From positions 935,989 to 999,988 of the forward strand of contig JBNZDD010013631.1 of NCBI GenBank assembly GCA_050575255.1: a stretch of DNA of 64,000 nt. The letters are read 5' to 3'. Below the pieces are notes generated by a model. That model did no database searches and had not been told where the DNA came from. It worked only from the letters and a program-made list of their open reading frames with translations. Made by a program: the position numbers and the translations under genes. The stretch comes from Harriotta raleighana. Lineage: Eukaryota. Within the stretch, counting starts at the first letter, position 1; each line of letters starts with the position of its first letter. Below, in pieces: positions 1 through 12,530 of the stretch.

Positions 1-119
1 TCATTGATAGGTGCACAATTCACCTGGCTTAAGCATGTAAGAGTGTTTTTTACCTCCTTAAACTATTAGGATAATGCAGAAAATAACTTAGTCAAATTAG
101 TCTGAATCTAGAAGTTTTC

Positions 120-545
120 CCATAGGGTGAAAGGATGACTGAAGCCACAGTCAAAGAGGAAGTTCTTAAAGGAGGAGATGGAAGGAACAATACAAAGGGA
201 TTCCCCGAAAGAGTTTTAAAGGGTGAGTGCAGAAAGGTTGAAGGCCTGACTGGGTGAGGATATGGACCCAGCCAGCACCCACCACCAAGCAGAGGGACAG
301 GACAGGTAGGTAAGGTTTTAGTATGTCACAGAGCGAGAAAGAAACAAGTGCTTTAAAAGTGAGGTCAAGGATCTTCAGCTCAATCCTCTGGGGGATGGGG
401 AGTCAGTGGAGCTGTGCAAGAATGGGGGTAATCTGATTATGGATCTTGGTGTGGGAATGGACACAAGTTCTGACTAATGTGCAGCTTGTGGAAGGAAGAG
501 CAGGGCGTTGGCATATTGAGCCTGAAAGCAGAAAGCATCAGTACA
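120..545 (-). mobile_element. Old L2 LINE 3' fragment
   Basis: Reverse complement of cttcagctcaatcctctgggggatggggagtcagtggagctgtgcaagaatgggggtaat reads as a degenerate L2 ITPILAQLHWLPIPQRIE motif; purine-rich 3'UTR-like sequence. Confidence 0.7.
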
Positions 546-2206
546 TTTAAGAAGAAACACGATGTGTTGATGAGGGGGGAAATGAATCAGAGGGATATGG
601 AAGGGGGATAGAGAGAAAGGATGAGGAGGGTGGAGGATTGTGGTGTAAAAACACATGGACTTGCAAGATCAAAAGTCCTTTTTTGGTGCTGTTATCTTTG
701 TGGAGCTCCAGGTAACATTTATTTTATTGAGTGAATGTCTGTGGGTGGGCCAACCACTACGCACTTTCATTTGGTTAAACATCGCTCAAGACAGGATTGG
801 GAGCACAATTTTCAGCCAGTTTTTAAACCCAATGAACGTTTAATTAAAGAATGGTGTTCATTAAGGAAACTGGAATGAAATTTGTTATTTTGTTATTCCG
901 AGGAATGTATCATGAAACGTTGTAAATTTCAATCCCTTAATGTGTTTTGGAAAATTGCAAATTTTCCACCCCAAATTAACAGAAAGACTCTCCTCTAATA
1001 GTATCTACAGCAAAAGAGCTTTGACAGATCCTTCAAAAAAAACTCCTTGTTGCTCCCCATTATACAGAAGGCTTTTGATGCATCATTCCTTTGTGCATCC
1101 GGTAGCTAAGCTAATAGAATTGGTCATTCATTTTGTGGGACAATGGACTGCCCAAATCAGCAGTTGTGTTTGCCTACAAGATACACACCACACCTTACAA
1201 TAAATCCTAAGAAGTGCTTCGAGATGTCTTGCCAATACACAAGTCCTTATACTAAATGCAACAATTATTATTATACACAAATTTTCAACCCAACTAATGC
1301 ATTTGTTGTTAATTAAATGAGCTTTAACCTTCTTTAAAATCTGAAGGTTGTGTAAAAATGACCCTTTATTCAAACAGTGTTTCATTGTCCAAGGAAATTG
1401 TGAATCCTGGTAGCTTTCCAAACTTGATTTCACAGACTGGATGGACACATTTAGGCAAAGTGCCCTATCTACTCTTTTACCTGGTCAACGTCTGTGAGGT
1501 ACAGGGGATTAGTTTCACTTGTGTGGTTAGATTTTTATTAATCGCTTCTGGTTCACATTGAGCAGTAAGATTCAGTACAGTTTCCCATTTTTACATGTGT
1601 TCTCTTCGAATGTCTGTCGAACATTTTGAGAATAGTTTATTTTTATTATACAGTTACAGGTACTTAGCTTTCTTTCCCTCTTTAGTTTCTCAATTCTACA
1701 AACCACCCATCAACTGTGAGAATGTTCAGACAACCTCCCCTTTTGCCTGTGGCAATTCTGTTTGTGAGTCGGCTATTAAGTGATTCATAAGTGTACAAAG
1801 GTGAGTCTCTCTTTCTCTGTTTAGAGCTGGACTGACTCCTCATTAATTACAATATAAGACCACAAATTGCTTCTCAGTCATTTGTGTAAAGTACTTTCCA
1901 TGCAAAGGCTTGTTTCACCTTGTCCACTGTGGCTAACCATTAAGAGGTGTTTTTTCAGAGCTGATTCGGCCTATTTTTGATCCTGTTATTCATTTTGTGG
2001 TGTTGTTTGTTGACACATTAGGAACATTTTAGAGTGGGATCGATTATAGGTTGGAATGTCTGAATACTCATTGGCAAATTCTGACAGCTCTTAAAGTGAT
2101 AGATTAAACCTAGGTCTAGGTGGGATTTCTACACATCGATTTCATACTAAACTTCTTTGAGATCGGTGGAGTCTAGTGATTTCATCAGCATCACATCCAT
2201 ACTTGT

Positions 2207-2516
2207 AGGTGTCCTACAGCTCAGTGGTTAGTGGTTAGGCATTCACTTCACAAGCGAGGGACCTGGGTTTGATTCCAGATAGGGCGAAACCTTGGGCAAG
2301 TTTCCTTACTCCATACACCTAATAATAATCCTGAAAAAACCCAATAATAAATTGGTCATTGTAATCCACAACTGTTTGTGGGGACACTGCTGTGTGCAAT
2401 TGCCTGCCGCACAAATATACCATCAATTCACTTTACAGTGTATTTTGTTGAGCGCTTTGAGAGGTCCAGTAGGTATGAAAAGCGTTTTATCAAACGGAAG
2501 AATCATTATTATTATT
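2207..2516 (+). mobile_element. tRNA-derived SINE, short form
   Basis: A-box-like agctcagtggtta, B-box-like ggtttgattcc, ccttgggcaagtttccttactcca, family 3' body and (att)n tail; matches many other copies in the window. Confidence 0.9.
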
Positions 2517-2629
2517 CACATGATATTCAATCGCAATTTGCACACCTTAAAACTAGCTCAAAGTTTCTCATTACATCCAACTCTATTCTCTGTTGAAATC
2601 TATATGCCATGCTTCACGTTGAGCTGAAA

Positions 2630-3133
2630 TCACCTTCTGCGTGCGCACTTTGGCTGCCGCCCCGACCCGAGCCTCCCCCACCTTCCCAAATGTCTGCCCT
2701 CCCAAACCCCTCTACCCGCTACTCCCATCCTGTCCTCTCTCACTTTCCCCCCGCCCTACCCCTCTCCACCCCCTCTCTGGAACTCTCCCGCTCTGCCCTG
2801 CTCTCTCTCCGCCCTCCCCGCCTTCTATCCCCACTCAACCCCCTCACAGCCTCCCTCTGCTCCGGCCTGGGAATCCTTCGCCGGGCTCACCGTGGCATTC
2901 GGCGTTGGCTGTCCAGCAGCAGCCACACCGACTGCCCCATCCCACACCATCACCGCAAGCCACACCGGCCACAGACCCGGGGGGCTAACCTCTCCTCCCT
3001 CATCCCCATCCCCACTACCCCTGATGCCCAATCCGGTCCCTCCTCCCTCCCATCACATCCCTCTGCCAATTGTTCCCTCCACATTGGACTCCAAAATGTC
3101 CGCTCCCTCTGCAACAAGGCCCTGGTCATCAAC
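2630..3133 (+). mobile_element. L2 LINE 5' region: ORF N-terminus and start of AP endonuclease, cut by the gap
   Basis: Stop-free frame with LLSLR...LGILRRAHRGIRR...RGANLSSLIPI...LHIGLQNVRSLCNK. NVRSL.NK is the first APE motif of CR1/L2-group elements; the pyrimidine-rich sense strand is typical of L2. Confidence 0.85.
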
Positions 3134-3943
3134 NNNNNNNNNNNNNNNNNNNNNNNNNNNNNNNNNNNNNNNNNNNNNNNNNNNNNNNNNNNNNNNNNNN
3201 NNNNNNNNNNNNNNNNNNNNNNNNNNNNNNNNNNNNNNNNNNNNNNNNNNNNNNNNNNNNNNNNNNNNNNNNNNNNNNNNNNNNNNNNNNNNNNNNNNNN
3301 NNNNNNNNNNNNNNNNNNNNNNNNNNNNNNNNNNNNNNNNNNNNNNNNNNNNNNNNNNNNNNNNNNNNNNNNNNNNNNNNNNNNNNNNNNNNNNNNNNNN
3401 NNNNNNNNNNNNNNNNNNNNNNNNNNNNNNNNNNNNNNNNNNNNNNNNNNNNNNNNNNNNNNNNNNNNNNNNNNNNNNNNNNNNNNNNNNNNNNNNNNNN
3501 NNNNNNNNNNNNNNNNNNNNNNNNNNNNNNNNNNNNNNNNNNNNNNNNNNNNNNNNNNNNNNNNNNNNNNNNNNNNNNNNNNNNNNNNNNNNNNNNNNNN
3601 NNNNNNNNNNNNNNNNNNNNNNNNNNNNNNNNNNNNNNNNNNNNNNNNNNNNNNNNNNNNNNNNNNNNNNNNNNNNNNNNNNNNNNNNNNNNNNNNNNNN
3701 NNNNNNNNNNNNNNNNNNNNNNNNNNNNNNNNNNNNNNNNNNNNNNNNNNNNNNNNNNNNNNNNNNNNNNNNNNNNNNNNNNNNNNNNNNNNNNNNNNNN
3801 NNNNNNNNNNNNNNNNNNNNNNNNNNNNNNNNNNNNNNNNNNNNNNNNNNNNNNNNNNNNNNNNNNNNNNNNNNNNNNNNNNNNNNNNNNNNNNNNNNNN
3901 NNNNNNNNNNNNNNNNNNNNNNNNNNNNNNNNNNNNNNNNNNN
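3134..3943. other. Assembly gap (810 N)
   Basis: Run of n. Confidence 1.
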
Positions 3944-4920
3944 TTTTGCTATTGATGGGTATTTTACACTGTGTATAAATTCTCAGGAATTAAACAGTTT
4001 GCACAGGAGTTGTGGAACAGGAAGTTAGATTCATGCTGTCTGCTCCACAACAATTTCAGTCTGAACACCTCTTTCCCCCCTCCTACCCTACATTCATTTA
4101 AAGAGTTCTGGGCAAGCTATGTCAGAACTAAATCAATTGTTTACTTTCTGCTGCCTTTGAAGTGTTGGCTGCACAATTGGATATTTTAATAATGTTAAAA
4201 TGGCTTAATTTAAAGTTTCCGCTGATTGTAGATAGACGAGGGAGTGAGTGGGTGACAGTAGAGCTATTCTGTCCCGTTGAGTTTATAATCGGTGCGAGCA
4301 CATTGCGTTCCTTCTGAAAGCAGCGTCTCTCTTGTGTTAGGTTCTTGGCAACAGTGCTATTTGTGCTACTTGAGCCTTGAATATACATTTTGTTGGTTAA
4401 CCGCTGCCAAAATCACAGCATGTTGCTGGCAAATGAGCATTAGAAATGCGACACAGGGTAGTCCAAATAAGGTACGTTGAGAATCTTTCGCCCACACAAA
4501 ATATACAGTTTTACACTATATTCTGCCACGTGCATTGAGACATCTTGAAGAATTGATAAGGCACTGTACCAAATGCAAGTATTATTATTATTATTTAATA
4601 ATTTGCACATAATAAGACAAGTTGGTCAAACGTACCAAAAGTGATTACAAACGCTGTTATTTTGATGGCTTTTCTGCCCCCAGACATCTCTGTAGTCCAG
4701 AGATTAAAGAACTACAGTTTATTCAATTGGGACTCCTTCTATTCCACGTGTAAGTGCAAAAATGGGGGTCTACTTTGAGATATTTCCTAACAGGATCTTA
4801 ATAGGGATTCTGCTAAATTACACAAATGGAAAATCTTCCAGTATCAATCCATGGAAATTCTGCTCCAGCCACAATCCACTACTGATTTGAAGATGGATCA
4901 AATTTTTCCATTCTGACGTC

Positions 4921-5509
4921 GTGTTTGGCCCCCAACTCTCTTTTTTCCCCCCATATCCATGCCAAGACCAGCTCTGGCTTCCTCTACCTGCGCAACATTG
5001 TCTGACTCTGCCACTGCCTCACCCCTCAGGCCGCCGAAACCCTCACACACATGCATTTGTCACCTCAAGGCTTGACTATCGATACTCCCTCCTTGTTGGC
5101 GACCCCACTCATCCCTCTCCCGCACGACTCCATCACCTCCACTCGCTTGGCTCTACTCACCCCAGCCCTCAGAGGACAGAATTCAAAATCCTCCTTCCCA
5201 CTTTCAAGGCCTGCTACGGCATTGCTCCCTCCTACATCTCTGATCTGCTGACCCCCTATCTTTGCCCCACTCCTTGGAACTCTATCTCACAATCCCTTCA
5301 GTTTGCCCTCTCCCTTGCCTGCTTCAAGGTCCGACTTAAGACCCTCCTTTTTAACCATGCCATCAGCCGACCTCCTACCTCTCTATCCTCTGCCATCCCA
5401 ACCTGCACCTCCCCATTCCCCATGCTCAGGTCCTGATCCCCAGTTGTTCACTGCCTAGCAAGTCTCCTGACATGAAAGGCACTCTACAAATGTAAAGTTA
5501 TTGTTGTTG
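4921..5509 (+). mobile_element. L2 LINE 3' fragment
   Basis: HAFVTSRLDY and EFKILLPTFKA.GIAPSYISDLLTPY motifs; tail gacatgaaaggcactctacaaatgtaaagttattgttgtt. Confidence 0.92.
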
Positions 5510-7059
5510 GTTAGTAGACTTTTCAAAACCTTTGATGCCCTAGGTGAGTACTGTATATCCTTTCCAAATAAACTTTTAAGTTGCCTAATTTTGTCTCGCG
5601 GGTATGGCAATGGACAAAAATATCTCACAGCTATTTCAAAACAATGCCAGGTAGGGGAATGGATTCAATGTTATGTCATTCTTTGTAAAGTACACAGGGA
5701 GATAGACAGAGAGATGTATAATTTTCTGGGCTTTGGGTACCTGGGACATAATAGGTAGAAAGTACACACTGAGTTACATGACCACCATCATCATCCAGTA
5801 ACTGTCAAGAAATATAACAAGGATACATTTCCTGTGAAGTTGTTTCTCCCATTCAAACTATGCTAGCACAGTATACTGAAAGGGAAGATGGGAAAACGCT
5901 CAAAGGCCCATACTTGCATTATCTTCAAAGTATTCCTTCTCCTGACACCTGTATATTAGTCCTTCAAATGTTCAGCCTCTAGGCATGATCGTAAGCTTTG
6001 ACCTTACCCCTTTATCATTTTTCTTAAGCTTGAGAATATTTTGAGTGTGGTTATCACATCTCCAATGAATACCCAGAGCTGCAGGGAGAGTCAACATCAG
6101 TAATAAGTAAACATAAATAATGAAATATTCACTTGGTTGATATTCAGACCTCAACCTTCCCTTTAAGACACCTCCTTGTGGTTTTTACTCTACGCTGCCT
6201 TTGAACATAGGTGGAAGTTTTCTCTTCTGGGAAAATTCTCTTTTTCATCTGAGGTAAACTTCTATCTATCTGCACTCCAAGGTATGCAAGATATAAGGAT
6301 AAATCCACATTTATACTGTTCCAAGTGGAGATACTTCTTTATGCTATCAAATTACAAATTCCCCCTTATTGGGTTATATTAGAAATCATTACACATTAAA
6401 ATTCTCTTCTGGAATCACTAAGGATCTTAATTTTGTTAAATTCTAGAAATTCTGTCAGCTGCTTTTTACCCAATAAACTTTGTTTAAAAAAAACTTTAAA
6501 ATTTTCTGCAGTTAGTGAGGGGCGCAATATGAGATTTGCTGAAAGTATTTGCATGTGTTCGATCATTTGCCTACTGAGAACCTTGAAGACATGTGAACAT
6601 TATGATGAGAAACAGTAATCTTAAATGATGTGAGGGTTATTGAGGCCATTGTGGTGAATATAGTGTGTGGATTATCATTCCTAAAGCTTTAAGCAAGCTT
6701 TGGCTGAGTAGCTATTAACCTCGGCATTTTTCATTTGTCTTTAAACATTCTTTTTGTCAAATTTCATTCCCTTCATTCACTACTCCTTTCTTTCAGTGAA
6801 CTTCCATTGGCTCCACCAGCTCTTGAAGACTTCACTTGAGTCATCATACAGAACTTCATGTGTGAACATTCAGTGTCCGAGCCACAATGGGATTTAAAAT
6901 AAAAATCAATAAATAATTCTTGCATGTGATATGGTGCCTTCTACATCAATATGACATCACTGCAATCTGTGATGATTTTGCATTTGTAGACAGATATCGC
7001 AGCCAATTTGCACACAACGATATCCCACAAACAGCCATGAAGTGAATAATCCATTTTAT

Positions 7060-7402
7060 GAAAATAATAACAACATTTGATATAGTGCCTTATCACATCT
7101 TTGAGACATCTCAAAATGTTTCACAAAATATACTGTAAAGTGAATCGACTGTATATTTTGTAGGGGTAGATGGGTCAAGACACTGGGAGAAACTTCCTTT
7201 CCTCTTTGAGTCGTGGTAGCCACCTGAACAAACAGACAGGACTTCAAGTTGCGTGTCTCATCTGTAATGTAGTACCACACACTCTTCCCTTCCTCACCTC
7301 ATCGTATCAGATTAGCAGCCTAGATAATGTGAACTCAAAGCCTTAATGTGGGAACTTGAACCCAGAATCCTTTAATTCAGAGTGCTTTCAGCTGAGCCAG
7401 GC
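7060..7402 (-). mobile_element. Old DeuSINE-type SINE
   Basis: caagacactgggagaaac...ccacctgaac...gtctcatctg...cttgaaccca...ctgagccagg is the reverse complement of a Deu domain plus tRNA head; L2-type tail at left. Confidence 0.7.
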
Positions 7403-7419
7403 AAATACCCAACTGTAGA

Positions 7420-7975
7420 GGACATTGTGGCCGAGACTGATTCTGTTCTTGCTTAGTCAGCGTTCATTGATTCATGCTTCCCAGTTAGGATCAATCACAT
7501 GATCTCAATAGAGGACGACAACCTCTCTTTAGGCCTGGGGCATGAAGACTAATTGTAGTGACTTGTCTACCACATCAATTGGGATCAGCTAACTTAATAA
7601 TAATAATTCTTGCATTGGATATAATGCATTGGATATACATCTTCTAGACGTCTCAAAGCGCTTCACTGAATATCCTGTAAATTGAATTGACTGTATATTT
7701 GTAGGCGAAATGCAGCAACCAATTGTGAACAGCTGGCTCCCACAAACAGTTGTGGGTTGAAATGGACCAATTTATCTTTTTTTTTCTTTGAGCAATTATT
7801 ATTCGACATGTGGAAACTTGCCCAAGGTTTTGCCCTGCCCGGAACTGAATCCAGGTCTTTTGCTAGCGAGGCGAGTGCTCTAACCACTGAGCTACAGGAC
7901 GCCATAGTGTGAGATGGGAATCAAACCTACAACCCTCTGTTCTTTCTTGCTCACTAGTGCGCTGAACTGAGATGG
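7420..7975 (-). mobile_element. Ancient SINE-like repeat (gatcagctaact family), interrupted by a younger SINE
   Basis: ctaattgtagtg...gggatcagctaact [insertion] ...gggaatcaaacct; same motif at 54920-55075 (+) and 62420-62685 (-). Confidence 0.55.
7595..7904 (-). mobile_element. tRNA-derived SINE, short form
   Basis: (aat)n tail, body, ggaaacttgcccaagg, gagtgctctaaccactgagctacaggacgcca. Confidence 0.92.
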
Positions 7976-8777
7976 ATCCCTTAGGGAAGCCTCCACATTT
8001 ACATTTTTGTTTGCCAAGTCTCCTCTCATGACCTTAGTGATAGTACTTTGGTTTCAATGCTGATTGCTTGCTTCCAACTCAAATAGCACTGTGTGTGGAC
8101 TCTCGTGTGATGATTCTACTATTTTCCAAACACTAGAATGGCAACGCTGAGATCCAGACAGTTTTTATCTGTTTTTGTCTGAAGGCACTATTCCAACCAA
8201 AACACAATTTTATTTTTAAGTATAGCGGATTCCACTTTTATATCTAAAATCCTATTGTTACTAAAAATGCTAAAGTGTTTAGGGCAATCTGCAATTGGTA
8301 TGATTGATATTTACATTTCTCTGTCTCTCTCTCTTTCTCTCTCTAGATATATATATTTATCCCTCAATTTAAAAACAGAAAAATGCTAAATTTAAGTCAA
8401 GTTTTGAATCATTGCGTTCTCTATCACCATCTTGACAGTCGTCTGTCTGCAATCACTACATCAGGTTCGTTTGGGGGCAAAACATCTAGGTAGGATGTGT
8501 TGTGGTAAGCATTCTCCTACTTGGCTAATACTAACCCTGCAATCCAAAGTCCTAAAAAGTTAAGGTTGTCCTGGCTTGTCAAGCAGCGGAAGGCTTGTCA
8601 GACATCGCTCTCCATATTAAGCTATATGGATTTACCTGTTTCAACTCCAGCAGTAAATCCAACATGAATTCCCACGCCATTCTCTCACAAACCAGCACCT
8701 AACTATCGCAAATGTAGGTAAGCAAGATACATCTCTCAGATAGAGATGTTCATCATTCCATTTCAGACACAGGGATA

Positions 8778-9041
8778 GTGTTCTGTAGTTGGTTACATAG
8801 GTGGAGCGTTCAGACTGGTCTTAAAACCTAGTAATGTCGGCTCTGTAGGTGGAATCATAGTCTTACGGCATAAAAGGAGGCCATTCGGCCCATCGAGTCT
8901 GTGTCGGCNGTGTTCTGTAGTTGGTTACATAGGTGGAGCGTTCAGACTGGTCTTAAACCTAGTAATGTCGGCTCTGTAGGTGGAATCATAGAGTCTTACG
9001 GCATAAAAGGAGGCCATTCGGCCCATCGAGTCTGTGTCGGC
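8778..9041. repeat. ~131-bp duplication across a single N (contig-overlap artefact)
   Basis: 8778-8908, n at 8909, 8910-9041; copies differ only by small indels (aaaa/aaa, atagtc/atagagtc). Confidence 0.9.
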
Positions 9042-9235
9042 TCTTTGAAAAGAGCAATTCAATCCCACTCCCCAGCTCTTTCTCTCTCCCCATAACCTCA
9101 CAAACCCGTCCTCCCTAAATAAATGTCTACCTCTCTTTTAAAAGTTGTTATCGAATCGACCTCCACCACCTTTTCAGGCAATGCCTTCCAGATTCCAATA
9201 ACTCGCTGAGTGAAAAAAATTATCCTCACCTCCCT
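8983..9235 (-). mobile_element. CR1 LINE 3' end, (GATTCTAT)-type tail
   Basis: gaatcatagag...ggaggccattcggcccatcgagtctgtgtcggc...caggcaatgccttccagattccaataactcgctgagtgaaaaa; reverse complement closely matches 58015-58376. Confidence 0.9.
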
Positions 9236-10914
9236 CCCCTCTGCTTTCTTTTTGAAACTGTTTGAAATGTGTCAGATAATCACATTTAAAAAAAATATTT
9301 AAAATGTTAAATGGAAAATGAGCTTAATAGAAGTACATGACACATGAAGAACTTCAAGTAAAAGTTATGTAGTGTTTTGGACCCTCCATAACATTTTCAC
9401 AAACTATAAAGATTAAAGGAGAATCCAGCACTTAAAGAGATGTTTAGTATGAAATGTGATTTAAAAACATGAGGATAAGATATGTGTGATGCAGCAGTAA
9501 ATTGAGAAAGGATTTACCAATTATCGCACTCTGGAACATTTGCCACTTTCCCTGTCAGGTTTATAGTTCAACTTAATCCAGTGGTGTGAATCACGGCTGA
9601 TTTTAGTAAACTGAAAGCACTTACACAACAAACTAAAATCAGTTAATACTTCAGCTATCCTACGTCTTAAATCATCTTTCATTCTGTTGTATGCAAGTGC
9701 ACAGAAATACATCTAACTATAGTTGCTTCACTTTATAACTGGATATTGTTCCTTTTTTTTAATCATGTGTTGTCTGTACCCATTGCAACTTCGCTTGCAG
9801 GCTAAGGATGGAATATGGAATGCAGAATGATAGACACAGAGACGCATAGACAGACGTTTTGTCTTCATCTATATTCAGCCAGAAGGACTCCTGTTGGGAG
9901 GACTCGGTGAGAGTTTTTAAATATCATCAATCATCAACCTTATGAGATCCCACACGAAAAAATATGCCCATGACACTCTCCCCTCCAAGACCATTTTGAC
10001 GAGGTATAAATCATGTCTCTAAATCAATTGGTTATTGTGTTCTTGGTGGCCAGACACACAGACAATTCACCTTGAGTAGTACAGATTGAGCTGAATAACA
10101 AGAAGTTCCCTGGGGAATGGGTAAACTGTACCAAACTGAAAGCATTTGATTTGTGCAGCATCAAGATACAGTAGGAGGGAGTTGCTCATTGTCGGGCAGT
10201 TACCAGTAGAATGGAACAAGCACATACTATTCACATATTCAAGAAATTTGACAGAACCTGGCAACCATAGAACCATTGGCTTGACCTAAACGATTGGAGA
10301 AATCATGGAGTCAAACATCAGAAAGAAAACCTCTAAAAATTTTTTTTTTTTTACAATTCACGAGGTCAGTAAATTGTAGAATTTACAATTTTACGAGGTC
10401 AGCCTCGCCACCCCGATGCCAGTAAAATGTTAAGGGGAGCAGGGAATTGTTCCCACTCAACTCTTTAACCGAGCAACCCAACACCCTAATAGTTATGGTG
10501 ATCTTAGCTAGACAAGCAACGGTAAAACTTGCCAGGTATTACTTTCCATGTGGTTTTATTTGTATTATGGTCAGCCAGGTGTCTGAAACGTGCAGAAACC
10601 CATTATAATGCTTAAGTTGATCAAAACCATGTTCAGAGTTCCATGCATCCCATCTACCCATGGAAAATTCCCTGGATCTGCAATGGAATGCGGAGTCAGT
10701 TGCTCTCTGGAGTGAATTTTTTTGTTGACCTAATCATGTGGATACTGAATTCGATGAAGGTTGGCAAGGATCAAGCCTGGGGTTCCCAGAGAGTATGCTT
10801 GTACTCTATCAGGTATTTTTGGAGGCTATGGAGCAAAAACCCGCTCTTTGTCCAGTTTGGACCAACATTACCCATGAAGGTTCTTGCATGGTTAGCAGCA
10901 GTTGAAAGGGAATC

Positions 10915-11250
10915 CAACAACAACAACAAAATTACACTTGTATAGTGCCTTTCATGTCAGGAGGACGTCCCAAAGCGCTGAACAGTCAGGTTGGGACCCG
11001 AGCGGTGGGGGTGGGAGGGGAAAGGAGAATGGGAGAGGGGGAAGAGTTAGGTGGGGGAGCCAAAGGCGCGATCGAAGAGGAAGGTCTTGAGAACAGCCTT
11101 GAAGGAGGAAAGGGAGGAAGCAAAGCGGAGAGACTGTGGGATGGAGTTCCACAGTGTGGGGGGCAGAGAGGCTGAAAGCCCGGCCACCGATGGTTGGGTG
11201 GTTACAGCGGTAAACACAGAGCAGGTCTGAGTCTGCTGAACGGAGGGTTC
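10915..11250 (-). mobile_element. L2 LINE 3' end
   Basis: (caa)n tail, cctttcatgtcaggaggacgtcccaaagcgctg, ggatggagttccacagtg (LWNSIP on minus strand). Confidence 0.92.
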
Positions 11251-11829
11251 ATAATCCTTACATCTGGTGAACGCCCAGTAATGTGGACAAATTTTGTAAG
11301 ATATATAATGGAAGAGGACTAAAATGAGGGCAACTGTGTTACAGAAGGTCGGTATGCATTATAACCATGAGACTTGGGGATTTCAGTCTTGTAGCAAGAT
11401 TCACCATCCCTCTGCATTAATAACTCAGTGGATTATTTTTTTACTCAATGGCAATACTGTGCTCTGCAACAAACTGTCTCTACAGCAGACGAGAAAGTCT
11501 CAATCGAGAAGATGGCAGCTGTCATTTAAAAAAAATTGACTGATTGCTCAACATTAATAATTGAGCAAATAATATTAATATTTCATTTTCTCTTTGAAAC
11601 CAACAGCATAAAGTGTCATGTTATATTTCCTTACAGCTTTGATTTTTTTTCATGATAGGTTGAAGACATCATCATAATATTGCCGTCCTGAATTATACAC
11701 TAATTGAAGGTTTTCATGATACATATGTGTGGTTTCCAAGGTGCCTTTCATGAGTTGTGGCTTTGATGAGCACCATTATCTGACAGTAAACACTGGTAAA
11801 AAGAAATAATAAACTTTTCTTCTGATGTT

Positions 11830-12530
11830 GTGCCTATGAAAGTATTTCACAACATTTCTGTGAAGTGTAGTTGTAGGTAAACCTGACAGCAAATTGCCCA
11901 CAGCGTTGTCCCACAAGCAGCCATTGACCATACACCTGAATGGGCAGATGGGATTTCTGTTCAACATTTAATCCGAAGGATGTCACTCACAACAATGCAG
12001 CACACTCCCAGCACTGCTCTAAAATGTCAGGCTACATAAGAACATAAGAATATGGAGCAGGAGTAGGCCATTGGGCCCCTCGAAACTGTCCCGCCATTCA
12101 ATATGATCGTGGCTGATCTTCTAATCTAATGCCACCTGCCCTTAATCCCCTTATCCATGAGAAATCTGTCAATCTCAGTCTTAAATATGTTCAAGGACTG
12201 AGCATCTACAGCTTTTTGGTGTAGATAGTTCCATAAATTCACTACCCTCTGAGTGAATTTTTTTTTCCTCAACTCAGTGCGAAAAGGCTGATCCCTAATA
12301 TTAAGACTGTGACCCCTAGTTATAGGTTCTCCAACCCGGAGAAACAGTCTCCCACTGTCTTCTCTGTCATGCCCCTTAGTAATCTTATAGGTTTCTATAA
12401 AATCAGCTCTAATTCTTCTATATTCTTGAGAATATGGGTCTAATTTAGGTGCACTGAGACTGAGCTCAAAATCCAGTTGTGGAACTTAAACTCGCAACCT
12501 TGTGAGCCAGAGATAAGACTGACACCTAAG
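11830..12530 (-). mobile_element. Old DeuSINE-type SINE split by a CR1 insertion
   Basis: cccacaagcagcc...cacctgaatgggcagatggg...atccgaaggatg...aatgcagcacactcccc...tgtcagg resumes after the CR1 as gagctcaaaatcc...cttaaactcgcaacctt...ctgacacc. Confidence 0.65.
12034..12450 (-). mobile_element. CR1 LINE 3' end, (TGTTCTTA)n tail
   Basis: acataagaacataagaa tail, ggagcaggagtaggccatt; strongly similar to 19568-20000. Confidence 0.93.

Noticed and set aside
2609-4028. Long ORFs of 302-448 aa in the track
   Set aside because: Their length comes from the N gap; only the L2 portion before 3134 is real.
6008-6078. Minus-strand exon candidate (ctccctgcag ... GGG|gtaagg)
   Set aside because: Splice-like signals are good, but no frame gives a recognisable peptide and I found no consistent partner exon.
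8627-8749. Short inverted repeats TGGATTTAC/GTAAATCCA and ACATCTCT/AGAGATGT (also 27325-27384 and 45656-45673)
   Set aside because: Isolated 8-9-bp stems are expected by chance in 64 kb and do not resemble pre-miRNAs.
10643-10910. ORF with WILNSMK...AWGSQR, faintly like a Tx1/L1 C-terminus
   Set aside because: Similarity is too weak to call without a profile search.
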